64,000 nucleotides of DNA from Rhodothermales bacterium (GTDB taxonomy: Bacteria > Bacteroidota > Rhodothermia > Rhodothermales > JAHQVL01). The notes beneath the pieces are model-generated. The model was not told the origin of the DNA. It saw only the letters and a list, made by a program, of their open reading frames with translations, and searched no databases. This document shows, one piece after another, positions 39,970 through 48,661 of this stretch (the stretch's first letter is position 1; every line of letters begins with the position of its first letter). The position numbers were made by a program, and so were the translations under genes. Location: assembly GCA_041391505.1 (NCBI GenBank), contig JAWKNW010000001.1, forward strand, positions 200,410 to 264,409, in the 5' to 3' direction.

Positions 39970-40013
39970 ACCGGCCTGGATTGTAACGTACTCGTGCCGA
40001 ACGGGGCTGCCGG

Positions 40014-40040
40014 TTAAGCCGGGCGATTTTCGGCCGATAC
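40014..40040 (+). promoter_or_regulatory. second sigma-28-type promoter, upstream of the 40103 ORF and fliS
   Basis: TTAAG-N14-GCCGATAC, 63 nt upstream of the ATG at 40103. Confidence 0.65.
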
Positions 40041-40102
40041 CCTGAATGTGAAGTCTGTCCGACGGATCCTTACCCTACCCCGCGTCTTACGCGCCAACGC
40101 CT

Positions 40103-40432
40103 ATGAGTATTTCCGTACAAGCCGCCGCGACATCCGCCGGCGAGATGGTATCGACTCAGCGCAGAAGCAGTCTGGACGCCGTTCTGAAACGCATCGCCAG
40201 CGGCTTGCCGTCGCCCCAGGCTGCGCCCGTAGACGCCGTAACCCTGAGTACCTCGGGAACGCGCGCCTATACCGCGGCGGATACCGATCCGCCCGGCGCG
40301 CCCCTCGATGCCAGCACGGTGCGTACCAAGACCTTCCTCGCAACCGAGGCCATCGCTCAACATCCCGAGAACGCTGAAGTCCATCGCCCGGCCGCGCTCC
40401 AGTCGTTCCTCAAAGCCGGCGTCGCCGGCTGA
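40103..40432 (+). CDS. small hypothetical protein in the flagellar mini-cluster (FlgM/FlaG-like role untested)
   Basis: 109 aa, Ala/Ser/Thr-rich and probably disordered. It sits between fliC and fliS behind its own sigma-28-type promoter. The DAVTLS segment weakly recalls FlgM. Confidence 0.4.
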   Translation: MSISVQAAATSAGEMVSTQRRSSLDAVLKRIASGLPSPQAAPVDAVTLSTSGTRAYTAADTDPPGAPLDASTVRTKTFLATEAIAQHPENAEVHRPAALQSFLKAGVAG

Positions 40433-40463
40433 TACCTCCGTTTTTCCTGCCATGTGACCTGCA

Positions 40464-40501
40464 CACTCCGCCGTCAGGGGGCGAGACCTGACGGCGGAGT
40501 G
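40464..40501 (+). other. 15-bp perfect stem-loop directly upstream of fliS
   Basis: CACTCCGCCGTCAGG-GGGCGAGA-CCTGACGGCGGAGTG ends 14 nt before the fliS ATG. No T-run follows. Confidence 0.6.
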
Positions 40502-40515
40502 CTCCGCCTCCTCCG

Positions 40516-40839
40516 ATGACACCGTACCAGACCGCGACACATGCCTATCAGGCCGGCCGCACCCTCGGCGCCCATCCGATCGATCTGATCCTGATGACGT
40601 ATAACGAAGCGCTTGCAGGATGCTTCGAGAAAAACGGGCTGCGCGCACGTGGCGCCGTGGTCGCGCTCAAAAATAGCCTCGACCACGACCGGTTCACCAG
40701 TCTCTCGATGCATCTCGAGCACATCTACGATCATTGCCTGTATCTTATCCATAAACAGCAATTCGAGCAGAGCGCCCAGCTGCTGACCGAGATTCGGGAC
40801 GCGTGGCGCGAAGCCCGCTCCAAGCAGACCGACGGCTGA
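40516..40839 (+). CDS. fliS: flagellar export chaperone FliS
   Basis: 107 aa. AYQ...HPIDLILMTYNEAL..., ...HLEHIYDHCLYLI... and EIRDAWREA align with the FliS pattern (AYQ, P.eL.lMLY.g, ..LY.Y....L, .....AW..a). Confidence 0.75.
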   Translation: MTPYQTATHAYQAGRTLGAHPIDLILMTYNEALAGCFEKNGLRARGAVVALKNSLDHDRFTSLSMHLEHIYDHCLYLIHKQQFEQSAQLLTEIRDAWREARSKQTDG

Positions 40840-40882
40840 ACGCTTTTCCTGCGTGTGGCCGTCGCATTGACGTACACGCCCG

Positions 40883-42490
40883 ATGGAAAGCACAGTCAAA
40901 ACGCTTCTCTTCTCCTTTCTCCTGCTCGCCGGCTGCCAGCCCTCGCCGCCGACGCTCGATGCCGACACCATCGATGCCGCGCGGATCAACGGACGCGCCT
41001 CCCGCGAAGCCCTCCTCCACAGCTACCGGTATCTCAGGGGATGGATGCGCCATGCCGACCCCGCAACGGGGCTGATACCCCGCAACCTCGGGACCGACAG
41101 CACCATCTGGAATGCCTGGGACAGCGCCGCGGACAACTACCCCTTCCTCGTGCTCACCAGCCGGCTCACGGCCCGGCCGCTGTTCGACAGCCCCATGCAC
41201 GCGATGCTCGATGCCGAGCGCCGGCTGACCACGCGCGCCGCCGGCCTTCCCGACGTCTATGACTTCCGCGCCGGCGCATTCGCCCACCCGGAGATCGACA
41301 CGACGCGGCTGATCTTCGGCGCTTCCGAGTACATCAAGGACGGGTTGTTGCCGCTCACCGAATGGCTGGGCGAAAGCCCGTGGAGCGCGCGGATGATCGA
41401 GCTGCTCGACGCCATGTGGGCGGTTGCCCCCGTACCGACCGAATTCGGGCCGATCGTTTCGGAAAACGTCGAGGTAAACGGCGAGATGCTGCAGACGCTG
41501 TCGCGCGTCTACTGGATGACGGGTGACGAAAAATACCTGGACTGGGCGATGCGGCTGGGCGACTATTACCTCCTCGGCCGGCATCATCCCACGCGGGATC
41601 TCGAACGGCTCCGTCTGCGCGACCACGGCTGCGAGATCGTTTCCGGCCTTGTCGAATTGTACGTCACCACCCATTTCGCGCGGCCCGACAAAAAAGCGCG
41701 GTACGAGGCGCCCGTCCACGCGATGCTCGACCGGATCCTGGAGGTCGGCCGCGACGACACCGGCCTGTTTTACAACGTCATCGCCCCGAAAACCGGCGAG
41801 GTGATCCAGGCCGGCGCCGCCGACACCTGGGGGTATACCATGAACGGGCTCTATGCGGTGTACCTGATCGACGGCACGCCGGCGTATCGCGACGCCACGC
41901 TGAAGGCGCTGCGCGCGCTGCAGCCGCATTACGCGGACTACGACTGGGAGCACGGCAGCGCCGACGGCGACGCCGACGCGATCGAGAGCGCACTCAACCT
42001 CTACAACCGCGAGGCCGAGCCCGACGCCGGCGCATGGATCGATCGGCAGATCCGCCGTATGTGGGCCAAACAGCAGGCGGACGGCATCGTCGAGGGCTGG
42101 CATGGCGACGGCAACTTCGCGCGCACGTCGATCATGTACGCCTTCTGGAAGACGAAGGGCGTCCACGCCGAACCGTGGCGGGCCGACGTGCGGGTCGGCG
42201 GCGTGATGCGGGAGGATGGGTTGTACCTGAGCGTCTCCGCGGACAGCGCCTGGGACGGCCGGCTCTTTTTCGACCGCCCCCGCCATCGCGATGTGCTGCA
42301 TCTGCCGATCGACTGGCCGCGCATCAACCAGTTTCCCGAGTGGTACACGGTCGATGCGACGCAGCGCTATCTCGTGTACGACATGAAGTCGGATGCCCGC
42401 ACCCTCGTCGACGGCCGCCAGCTGCTCGAAGGCTTCCCGGTGTCCTTGCCTAAGGATGAGGAGCGGGCGCTCTACGTCAGGTCCTGGTGA
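40883..42490 (+). CDS. hypothetical lipoprotein, possibly (alpha/alpha)6-barrel glycosidase-like
   Basis: MESTVKTLLFSFLLLAGC lipobox. 535 aa with Trp/Tyr-rich helical repeats. No catalytic motif identified. Confidence 0.45.
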   Translation: MESTVKTLLFSFLLLAGCQPSPPTLDADTIDAARINGRASREALLHSYRYLRGWMRHADPATGLIPRNLGTDSTIWNAWDSAADNYPFLVLTSRLTARPLFDSPMHAMLDAERRLTTRAAGLPDVYDFRAGAFAHPEIDTTRLIFGASEYIKDGLLPLTEWLGESPWSARMIELLDAMWAVAPVPTEFGPIVSENVEVNGEMLQTLSRVYWMTGDEKYLDWAMRLGDYYLLGRHHPTRDLERLRLRDHGCEIVSGLVELYVTTHFARPDKKARYEAPVHAMLDRILEVGRDDTGLFYNVIAPKTGEVIQAGAADTWGYTMNGLYAVYLIDGTPAYRDATLKALRALQPHYADYDWEHGSADGDADAIESALNLYNREAEPDAGAWIDRQIRRMWAKQQADGIVEGWHGDGNFARTSIMYAFWKTKGVHAEPWRADVRVGGVMREDGLYLSVSADSAWDGRLFFDRPRHRDVLHLPIDWPRINQFPEWYTVDATQRYLVYDMKSDARTLVDGRQLLEGFPVSLPKDEERALYVRSW

Positions 42491-42600
42491 AGGGCCCGCG
42501 CCGGCTGCCCGGTGCCAGCAGCAGGGCCGCTGTTGTCATCCCACGCGCCAGGTTGTAGATTAGCGGTACGACCCCAAGCTCACACCTCAATCGGTTTCCT

Positions 42601-43209
42601 ATGTCGACTCATCGCCTGCGTCTTGCCGCGCTCCTGCTCGCGGGATGCCTTCCCGCCGTTGCCCTGGCGCAATCCGTACCGCCGCCCGCCATCCAGATCG
42701 CCGGCGCCGTGTCGCCGCTGCCGGACGACCTCAAGGACGGCGCCGCCGTGCTGGGCTACGGCGCGACTGGCGAAGACCTGATCACCCTCCGCGAGGGCAC
42801 GAACGAGATGATCTGCCTGGCCGACAAGCCCGGGGATGATCGTTTCCAGGCGGCCTGCTATGCGCGCAGCCTCGAGCCGTTCATGGCGCGCGGCCGGGAG
42901 CTGGCGAAAGAAGGCAAGGACCGCGGCGCCAGCCGCGACATCCGCCGGCAGGAAGTCGAAGCCGGCACCCTGCGCATGCCGGATGGTCCCGCCGCGCTCT
43001 ACCAGCTTTTCGGCCAGGCCGACAGCTTCAACACCACGACGGGCGAGGTAACCAACGTGCGCCCGCTCTACGTGATGTACATGCCCTTTGCGACGACCGA
43101 ATCCACCGGGCTGTCCGCCGAACAACCCATGCCCGGCGCGCCCTGGCTGATGGACGCCGGCATGCCGTGGGCGCACATCATGTACTCGCCGCCGCAGCCC
43201 GGCAACTGA
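42601..43209 (+). CDS. hypothetical secreted protein
   Basis: Signal peptide MSTHRLRLAALLLAGCLPAVALAQ. 202 aa with no recognised domain. Confidence 0.5.
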   Translation: MSTHRLRLAALLLAGCLPAVALAQSVPPPAIQIAGAVSPLPDDLKDGAAVLGYGATGEDLITLREGTNEMICLADKPGDDRFQAACYARSLEPFMARGRELAKEGKDRGASRDIRRQEVEAGTLRMPDGPAALYQLFGQADSFNTTTGEVTNVRPLYVMYMPFATTESTGLSAEQPMPGAPWLMDAGMPWAHIMYSPPQPGN

Positions 43210-43210
43210 T

Positions 43211-43352
43211 GATACGGGATGCTATGTGATGGATGCTGGCTATCGGATGGTGCCTCAAATCAGCGCATCTGCCGCCAGCATCCAGCATCTAACATCCCGC
43301 ATCCTGCATCCTGCATCTCGCATCCCCCCTGACATCTCGCATCCAGCATCCC
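43211..43352. repeat. heptad-built imperfect palindrome (GGATGC family)
   Basis: G-rich arm GATACGGGATGCTATGTGATGGATGCTGGCTATCGGATGGTG. C-rich arm AGCATCCAGCATCTAACATCCCGCATCCTGCATCCTGCATCTCGCATCCCCCCTGACATCTCGCATCCAGCATCCCGC. Confidence 0.8.
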
Positions 43353-43364
43353 GCAGCCCTCCCC

Positions 43365-44126
43365 ATGCGCCCCTACCTGATTGCCGAAGTCACCTGGAAA
43401 TTCGTCCAGGAGAACCCCTACGCTGTGATCGTACTGCCCTGGGGAGCCACCGAGGCGCACAACTACCACCTGCCCTACGCCACCGACAACATCCAGAACG
43501 ATTACGTCGCCGCCGAGGCCGCCCGCATCGCGTGGGCGAAAGGGGCGCGGGTCGGCGTGTTGCCGAACATCCCGTTCGGGGTCAACACCGGGCAGCTGGA
43601 CATCACCCTCGACATCAACATGAACCCGAGCACGCAGTTTGCCGTGTTGCGGGACGTGGTCGATGCGCTCGCGCGGCAGGGCATCCCGAAACTCGTGGTG
43701 CTCAACGGGCACGGCGGGAACGACTTCAAGCAGATGCTGCGCGAGCTCCAGCCGCAGTTTCCCGGCATCTTCCTCTGCACCATGAACTGGTACAGCGCCG
43801 AGCCGTGGACGCCCTACTTCGAGGACCTCGGCGATCACGCCGGCGAGCTGGAGACCAGCGTCATGATGCACATCGCTCCGGAGCTCGTCCGCCCGCTCAG
43901 CGAGGCCGGCGACGGACGGCAGCACCCGTTCAAGATCCGCGCGTTGCGCGAAAAGTGGGCCTGGGCGCAGCGTGACTGGCTGAAGGCGACCGACGACACC
44001 GGCGCCGGCGATCCGGCCCGGGCCACGCCCGAAAAAGGCGCCCGCTACGTCGCGGCCGTCACGGAGCGCATCGCCGGCTTCTTCGTAGAACTCGCCGCGG
44101 CAGATACGTCGGACCTGTACGAATAG
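43365..44126 (+). CDS. creatininase-family amidohydrolase
   Basis: [19 protein letters not shown] and LNGHGGN motifs. 253 aa. Confidence 0.82.
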   Translation: MRPYLIAEVTWKFVQENPYAVIVLPWGATEAHNYHLPYATDNIQNDYVAAEAARIAWAKGARVGVLPNIPFGVNTGQLDITLDINMNPSTQFAVLRDVVDALARQGIPKLVVLNGHGGNDFKQMLRELQPQFPGIFLCTMNWYSAEPWTPYFEDLGDHAGELETSVMMHIAPELVRPLSEAGDGRQHPFKIRALREKWAWAQRDWLKATDDTGAGDPARATPEKGARYVAAVTERIAGFFVELAAADTSDLYE

Positions 44127-44158
44127 GTTGCAGGTTGCAGGTTACACGTTTCAGGTGG
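44127..44158. repeat. short heptad tract (GGTTGCA units)
   Basis: GGTTGCAGGTTGCAGGTTACACGTTTCAGGTGG directly after the stop codon, followed by the T-rich repeats CATTTTGC/GATTTTCATTTTGCCTTTTGC. Confidence 0.6.
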
Positions 44159-44215
44159 TTCCGGCCATCAGCCAGTTCATTTTGCGATTTTCATTTTGCC
44201 TTTTGCATTCCATCC

Positions 44216-44983
44216 ATGGACCCCAAAAAAAGCACGATTCTGATCACCGGCGGCGGCTCCGGGCTCGGCGCGGCGACGGCTGAAGCGCTGGTCGACGCCG
44301 GCGCCCGCGTGGTGCTGGCCGACATCAACCCCAACGCCGGCACCGATACGGCCCGACGCCTCGGCTCGAGCGCCCTGTTCATCCGCACCGACGTGACCGA
44401 CGAAGCCAGCGTCCAGGCCGCGATCGACGCCGCGCACGCGCGGCTGGGTGGATTGCACGGGGTGGTGAACTGCGCCGGCGTGGCCATCGCGCAAAAAACG
44501 CTCGGCAAGGATGGACCGCACGACCTCGCCTCGTTCAACCGGGTGATCCAGGTCAATCTCGTGGGCACGTTCAACGTGATCCGGCTCGCCGCCGCCTCGA
44601 TGGCCGAGAACGAACCCAATGAGGAAGGCGAACGCGGCGTGATCATCAATACCGCCTCGGTGGCCGCCTACGACGGTCAGATGGGGCAGGTCGCCTACGC
44701 CGCCTCGAAGGGCGGCATCGTCGGGATGACGCTGCCGCTGGCGCGCGATCTGGCCCGAAACGGCATTCGGGTGATGACGATCGCCCCGGGGCTGTTCGAC
44801 ACCCCGCTGCTCGCCGGCCTGCCCGAAAAGGCGCGCCAATCGCTCGGCGAACAGGTGCCCTTCCCCTCCCGGCTCGGCCGACCGATCGAATACGGCCAGC
44901 TGGCGCGGCACATCGTCGAGAACCCGATGCTCAACGGCGAGGTCATCCGGCTCGATGGGGCGATCCGCATGGCGCCGCGATGA
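44216..44983 (+). CDS. SDR-family oxidoreductase (3-hydroxyacyl-CoA dehydrogenase type-2-like)
   Basis: Start [20 protein letters not shown] (TGxxxGxG). Catalytic [20 protein letters not shown] tail. Confidence 0.85.
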   Translation: MDPKKSTILITGGGSGLGAATAEALVDAGARVVLADINPNAGTDTARRLGSSALFIRTDVTDEASVQAAIDAAHARLGGLHGVVNCAGVAIAQKTLGKDGPHDLASFNRVIQVNLVGTFNVIRLAAASMAENEPNEEGERGVIINTASVAAYDGQMGQVAYAASKGGIVGMTLPLARDLARNGIRVMTIAPGLFDTPLLAGLPEKARQSLGEQVPFPSRLGRPIEYGQLARHIVENPMLNGEVIRLDGAIRMAPR

Positions 44984-45450
44984 CGCCGTACGAACGCATC
45001 CGCGCGCTCCTCGACGACGCCGGCGTCGCCTACCGGCACATCCACCACGAGCCGACGCCCACGTCCGCCGACTCCGCGCGGGCGCGTGGCGAATCCATCG
45101 CGATCGGTGCCAAGGCGCTCGTCATGAAGGTGGATGAAACGTTTCGTCTCTTCGTCCTCAGCGCCGCGCTCCGCTCCGACGCCCGCGCCATCCGCCGCTT
45201 TTTCGGCGCGAGCAAATCGCGTTTCGCCACCCCCGAGGAATTGCTCGACCTGACCGGGCTGGTGCCGGGATCGGTGCCCCCTTTTGGCCGGCCGGTGCTC
45301 GACCTCGATCTGTTCGTGGATCCGTCGGTGTTTGCGAACGAGCGGATGGCATTTAATGCCGGCTCGCTCACCGATTCCATCATCATGGCGCCCGAGGCGT
45401 ATCGCGCCCTCGCCAACCCGGTGGTTTTCAGCTTCGCGGAAGCCGGCTAG
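44980..45450 (+). CDS. YbaK/EbsC-type aminoacyl-tRNA deacylase-domain protein
   Basis: 156 aa. The pattern [16 protein letters not shown]...GSVPPFG is typical of the YbaK/ProRS-associated editing domain. The start overlaps the SDR stop (ATGA). Confidence 0.7.
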   Translation: MTPYERIRALLDDAGVAYRHIHHEPTPTSADSARARGESIAIGAKALVMKVDETFRLFVLSAALRSDARAIRRFFGASKSRFATPEELLDLTGLVPGSVPPFGRPVLDLDLFVDPSVFANERMAFNAGSLTDSIIMAPEAYRALANPVVFSFAEAG

Positions 45451-45455
45451 GCCCG

Positions 45456-46178
45456 TCAGCGGGCGGCCGGCATCGAGACGTGCAGGTGATCGGCGGTGCC
45501 GACGTGCCGGAGCGTATTAAAGCCCATCGCCCAGAAATAGAGCCGCACGAGTCCGTTTGCGATCTCGGAGCGGCCGTGGGTTCGGATGTCCACCGCCTCG
45601 ACGTAGCCGCTGCCCTGTTTGTAGTGGAGCGACTGCTCGCGCACGGGCAGCCCCATCTTTTTGTAATCCGCCGGCGTGCGCCCCGCATCGGTCACCACCA
45701 GATCCCGGTTGACCAGCACGAGCGTGCTCGTCGCGATGCGCAGGATCGGGTGCAGGGAGCGGTAGGTGGACCGGACGCTTTCCGTCTTGACGTTCGAGCT
45801 CGAGATGTACATCATCGAATAGCCGCTGTACAGGGCGACGATGAGCAGCATCGTCTTGAACACCCGGCCCGACATCTCCCAGCTCCCAAACCAGCGCCGG
45901 CGCAGGTACGCCGTGTAGGCGAAGAGCACGAAGCCCGTCACCACGATCCCGCCGGCGATCGCGACCCACGTATGCATCTGCTGCTGGAGGTAGAGGTAGA
46001 GCGAGGTGCGCACCAGCAGGATGAACGGCAGCGCCACGAGGGCGAAGACCGTGAACAGCCCGCCCAGGAATCGACTGGACCAGCTGCGCGTCCGTCGACG
46101 CGGCGCGGTTGATGCAGGTAAAGTGGCTGTTTGCGGCATGTGGTACGGAATCTCGCCCGGAACTTCAATCCCGGGCAT
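45456..46178 (-). CDS. hypothetical membrane protein with C-terminal LAS/M15-like metallopeptidase-type motifs
   Basis: Four TM spans, then HYKQGSGYVEAVD...GTADHLHVS (an H..D and HxH arrangement as in the DD-peptidase/Hedgehog fold). Weak call. Confidence 0.4.
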   Translation of the reverse strand: MPGIEVPGEIPYHMPQTATLPASTAPRRRTRSWSSRFLGGLFTVFALVALPFILLVRTSLYLYLQQQMHTWVAIAGGIVVTGFVLFAYTAYLRRRWFGSWEMSGRVFKTMLLIVALYSGYSMMYISSSNVKTESVRSTYRSLHPILRIATSTLVLVNRDLVVTDAGRTPADYKKMGLPVREQSLHYKQGSGYVEAVDIRTHGRSEIANGLVRLYFWAMGFNTLRHVGTADHLHVSMPAAR

Positions 46179-46236
46179 TCGTCGCTACCGGAGCGTGTGT
46201 ACGCCGGCCTGTTCGTTACGTTCTAACCCCCACCCC

Positions 46237-46719
46237 ATGTTTTTTCGGCTGCTTTTTCTTTTCGTTGCACTCCCGATCCTCGAACTCGCCCTGCTGGTCA
46301 AGCTGGGCGAAGTGATCGGGTTCTGGCCCACGATGGGCATCGTCGTCATCACGGGTCTGCTGGGCAGCACGCTGACGCGCCGGCAGGGGCTGACCGTGTG
46401 GCGGCAGTTCAACCTCCGGCTCCAGCAGGGGCAGTTGCCCGGCACCGAACTGGTGGACGGGCTCATCATCCTGGTCTCGGGCGCCTTTCTGCTGACCCCC
46501 GGCGTCCTCACCGATTTCGCCGGGTTTCTCGGCCTGATCCCTTTCACACGCGCGCTGATCCGCAGTTCGGTCCTGCGGTTTGTCGAACGCCAGCAGAAAA
46601 CGGGTGCGTTCCAGGTTCGCATGGAGTTCGGCGGCCGGCGATACGATCCTCCGGAGCCGCAGAGCCCCCCGCTCGAATGGCGGGGCACGCCCGTCGAGCG
46701 GCCCGGCGACCAGGCCTAG
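46237..46719 (+). CDS. fxsA: FxsA-family membrane protein
   Basis: Start MFFRLLFLFVALPILELALLVKLGEVIGFWPT. GAFLLTPGVLTDFAGFLGLIPFTR is the FxsA signature. Confidence 0.85.
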   Translation: MFFRLLFLFVALPILELALLVKLGEVIGFWPTMGIVVITGLLGSTLTRRQGLTVWRQFNLRLQQGQLPGTELVDGLIILVSGAFLLTPGVLTDFAGFLGLIPFTRALIRSSVLRFVERQQKTGAFQVRMEFGGRRYDPPEPQSPPLEWRGTPVERPGDQA

Positions 46720-46926
46720 GCCGACCGCACCGCATCTATTCTACCCACCGAGGATTACAAATCTACTCCGAAAGCTCTTCCGGCGCGGGCGAAGAGCGGC
46801 TTGATCGTCTCCCAGCGTGATTCCAGCGGCTGGCACGGGCCTTGTAATCGGGGCGGATACCCCTAGAGATCCCCCCCCGGTCCTGTGTTGCAGGCCCTTG
46901 CCTTACGTTCACACTGGAGACGCTCT

Positions 46927-48348
46927 ATGAACAAGCCTATGCTCCCCGCTCGATGGCTAGGAATCGTCATCCTCGGATTGTTGTTTTTTAGTCCGTCGCT
47001 CCTGCAGGGATGCGACGCGATGATCGGCGACGATCCGAACGCCATCGACCCCGGCGCCGTCGAGCAGGCGGCGCCAGCGCCAACGGAAGTTTTCCGGCAC
47101 GCCCAGCTACTCGACAAAGCCCGCACGACCCCCGAGCAGGCCGGCAAGGCCGCGGGCGGCGACGCCACCCTGAACCTGGTGCTCGGTCTGTCGACCTACC
47201 AGGCCGACGGCATCACGCCCCGCATTGTCAATAAGTTCGACGTGACGCGCCGGCTCTTAAACAAGTTCGGCGACGGCATCACCATCAAGTCGGAGTTGTC
47301 GTCCGTTCTGGACGCGCTCACGCTCACCCTGAGCGAGAGCCAGCTCGATTCCCTGATCGCCATGATCCGCAACGATCCGGACCTCTCCTGGCTCGAACCG
47401 GACGCCCTCCTCAACGGCGAACTGCCCCAGGGCGATGCATCGCGCACGAAGCGCCGGCAGATGGTATCCTGGAGCGTGCCGGTTGTTGGCGGAGCTTCCA
47501 AACCACCCAAACCCCTGGATTCGAATCGGCTCCGCGTTTACGTGATGGATACGGGCGTCAACCCGATCAACGACCTGAACGTGGTGGAGTCCGTCGACTT
47601 CACTCCCTACATGGAGCTTCGCGTGCCCGGCGTAAATGTTCTTGAAGGGATGCGGACCATGAACCCCAACCGGGATCGCCCCGACTCGCTGGGTCACGGC
47701 ACCCATATCGCCGGCATCATCGGTGCGCGCGACAATGACGGCGGCGTGCTCGGGCTCTTCCCGGATGTGCCGATCCACAGCATCAAGGTGATGAACAGCG
47801 CCGGCGTGACGGACATGACGGTGCTCCTGAAGGCGGTCGAATACATCCTCCAGGAAAAAGAGGCCAATCCGGATCTCAACATCGTCGTGAACATGAGCCT
47901 CGGGGCCGACATCGAATCGCGCCAGTACAACGCGCTCGACTTGGCCATCGCCAAATCGATCGGCGTCGGCATCGTGTACGTGGTGGCGGCCGGCAACGAA
48001 GGGGTCGATATGAGCACCTACTCGCCGGCGCACGTCGCCGAAGCCATCACCGTCGCCGCCTACGACCAGCAGAATGTGTTCGCGCCCTACTCGAACTATG
48101 GCGCCGGCGTCGACCTGCTCGCGCCCGGCACGGACGTCCTCTCCCTCTCGGCCTTCGGCAGCGACGTGTTGATGCTTTCCAGCGGCACGTCGATGGCTAC
48201 CCCCCACGTGACCGCGATGGCGGCCCGCTATCTGACGCAGAATCCGGGCAGCTCGGCCAGTGAGGTGCGCGATCGGCTGGTGAGCGGCGCGCGGTATGGC
48301 ATCCAGGCGGTGCCGGCGAACACCACCGATGGCTCCGTGACCAACTAG
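46927..48348 (+). CDS. S8 family serine peptidase (lipoprotein, I9-like propeptide)
   Basis: Start MNKPMLPARWLGIVILGLLFFSPSLLQGC. Catalytic triad VYVMDTGV, HGTHIAGIIGA, SGTSMATPHVTAMAA. Confidence 0.88.
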   Translation: MNKPMLPARWLGIVILGLLFFSPSLLQGCDAMIGDDPNAIDPGAVEQAAPAPTEVFRHAQLLDKARTTPEQAGKAAGGDATLNLVLGLSTYQADGITPRIVNKFDVTRRLLNKFGDGITIKSELSSVLDALTLTLSESQLDSLIAMIRNDPDLSWLEPDALLNGELPQGDASRTKRRQMVSWSVPVVGGASKPPKPLDSNRLRVYVMDTGVNPINDLNVVESVDFTPYMELRVPGVNVLEGMRTMNPNRDRPDSLGHGTHIAGIIGARDNDGGVLGLFPDVPIHSIKVMNSAGVTDMTVLLKAVEYILQEKEANPDLNIVVNMSLGADIESRQYNALDLAIAKSIGVGIVYVVAAGNEGVDMSTYSPAHVAEAITVAAYDQQNVFAPYSNYGAGVDLLAPGTDVLSLSAFGSDVLMLSSGTSMATPHVTAMAARYLTQNPGSSASEVRDRLVSGARYGIQAVPANTTDGSVTN

Positions 48349-48498
48349 GGTGTGTTGACAGTCAATAACCCTTTCGGAACGACCAGCACCAGGGACGCCA
48401 CCCCGACCAAAGGAAAAAATAAGAAGTAACGCACACCCGAAACTGCAAACGCCAAGCTCCATCCCTTGCCGGCGTTTGCACGTCGACCCATAGCACAG

Positions 48499-48534
48499 AG
48501 AAAGCAGGCCGCAAGGCCTGCTTTCTTCTGTTTT
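48499..48534 (+). terminator. rho-independent terminator after the S8 peptidase gene
   Basis: AGAAAGCAGGCC-GCAA-GGCCTGCTTTCT followed by TCTGTTTT. A second 10-bp hairpin TGCAAACGCC...GGCGTTTGCA lies at about 48444-48480. Confidence 0.75.
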
Positions 48535-48661
48535 ACCCGGGCGCTGCGTCGGTCCAGATGGCGGTTCAGATGGCGGCGTTTCCGGCGTTCTACACGTTAA
48601 GAATGCCGCCTGGCGGCCGATCCTTTCCTCATATCCATGGATTCGCAGCCCAATACCCTAC

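Noticed and set aside
40048-40377. 109-aa Arg-rich ORF overlapping the 40103 ORF
   Set aside because: It starts inside the predicted sigma-28 promoter/TSS region and is 25-30% Arg. The 40103 frame is compositionally more protein-like.
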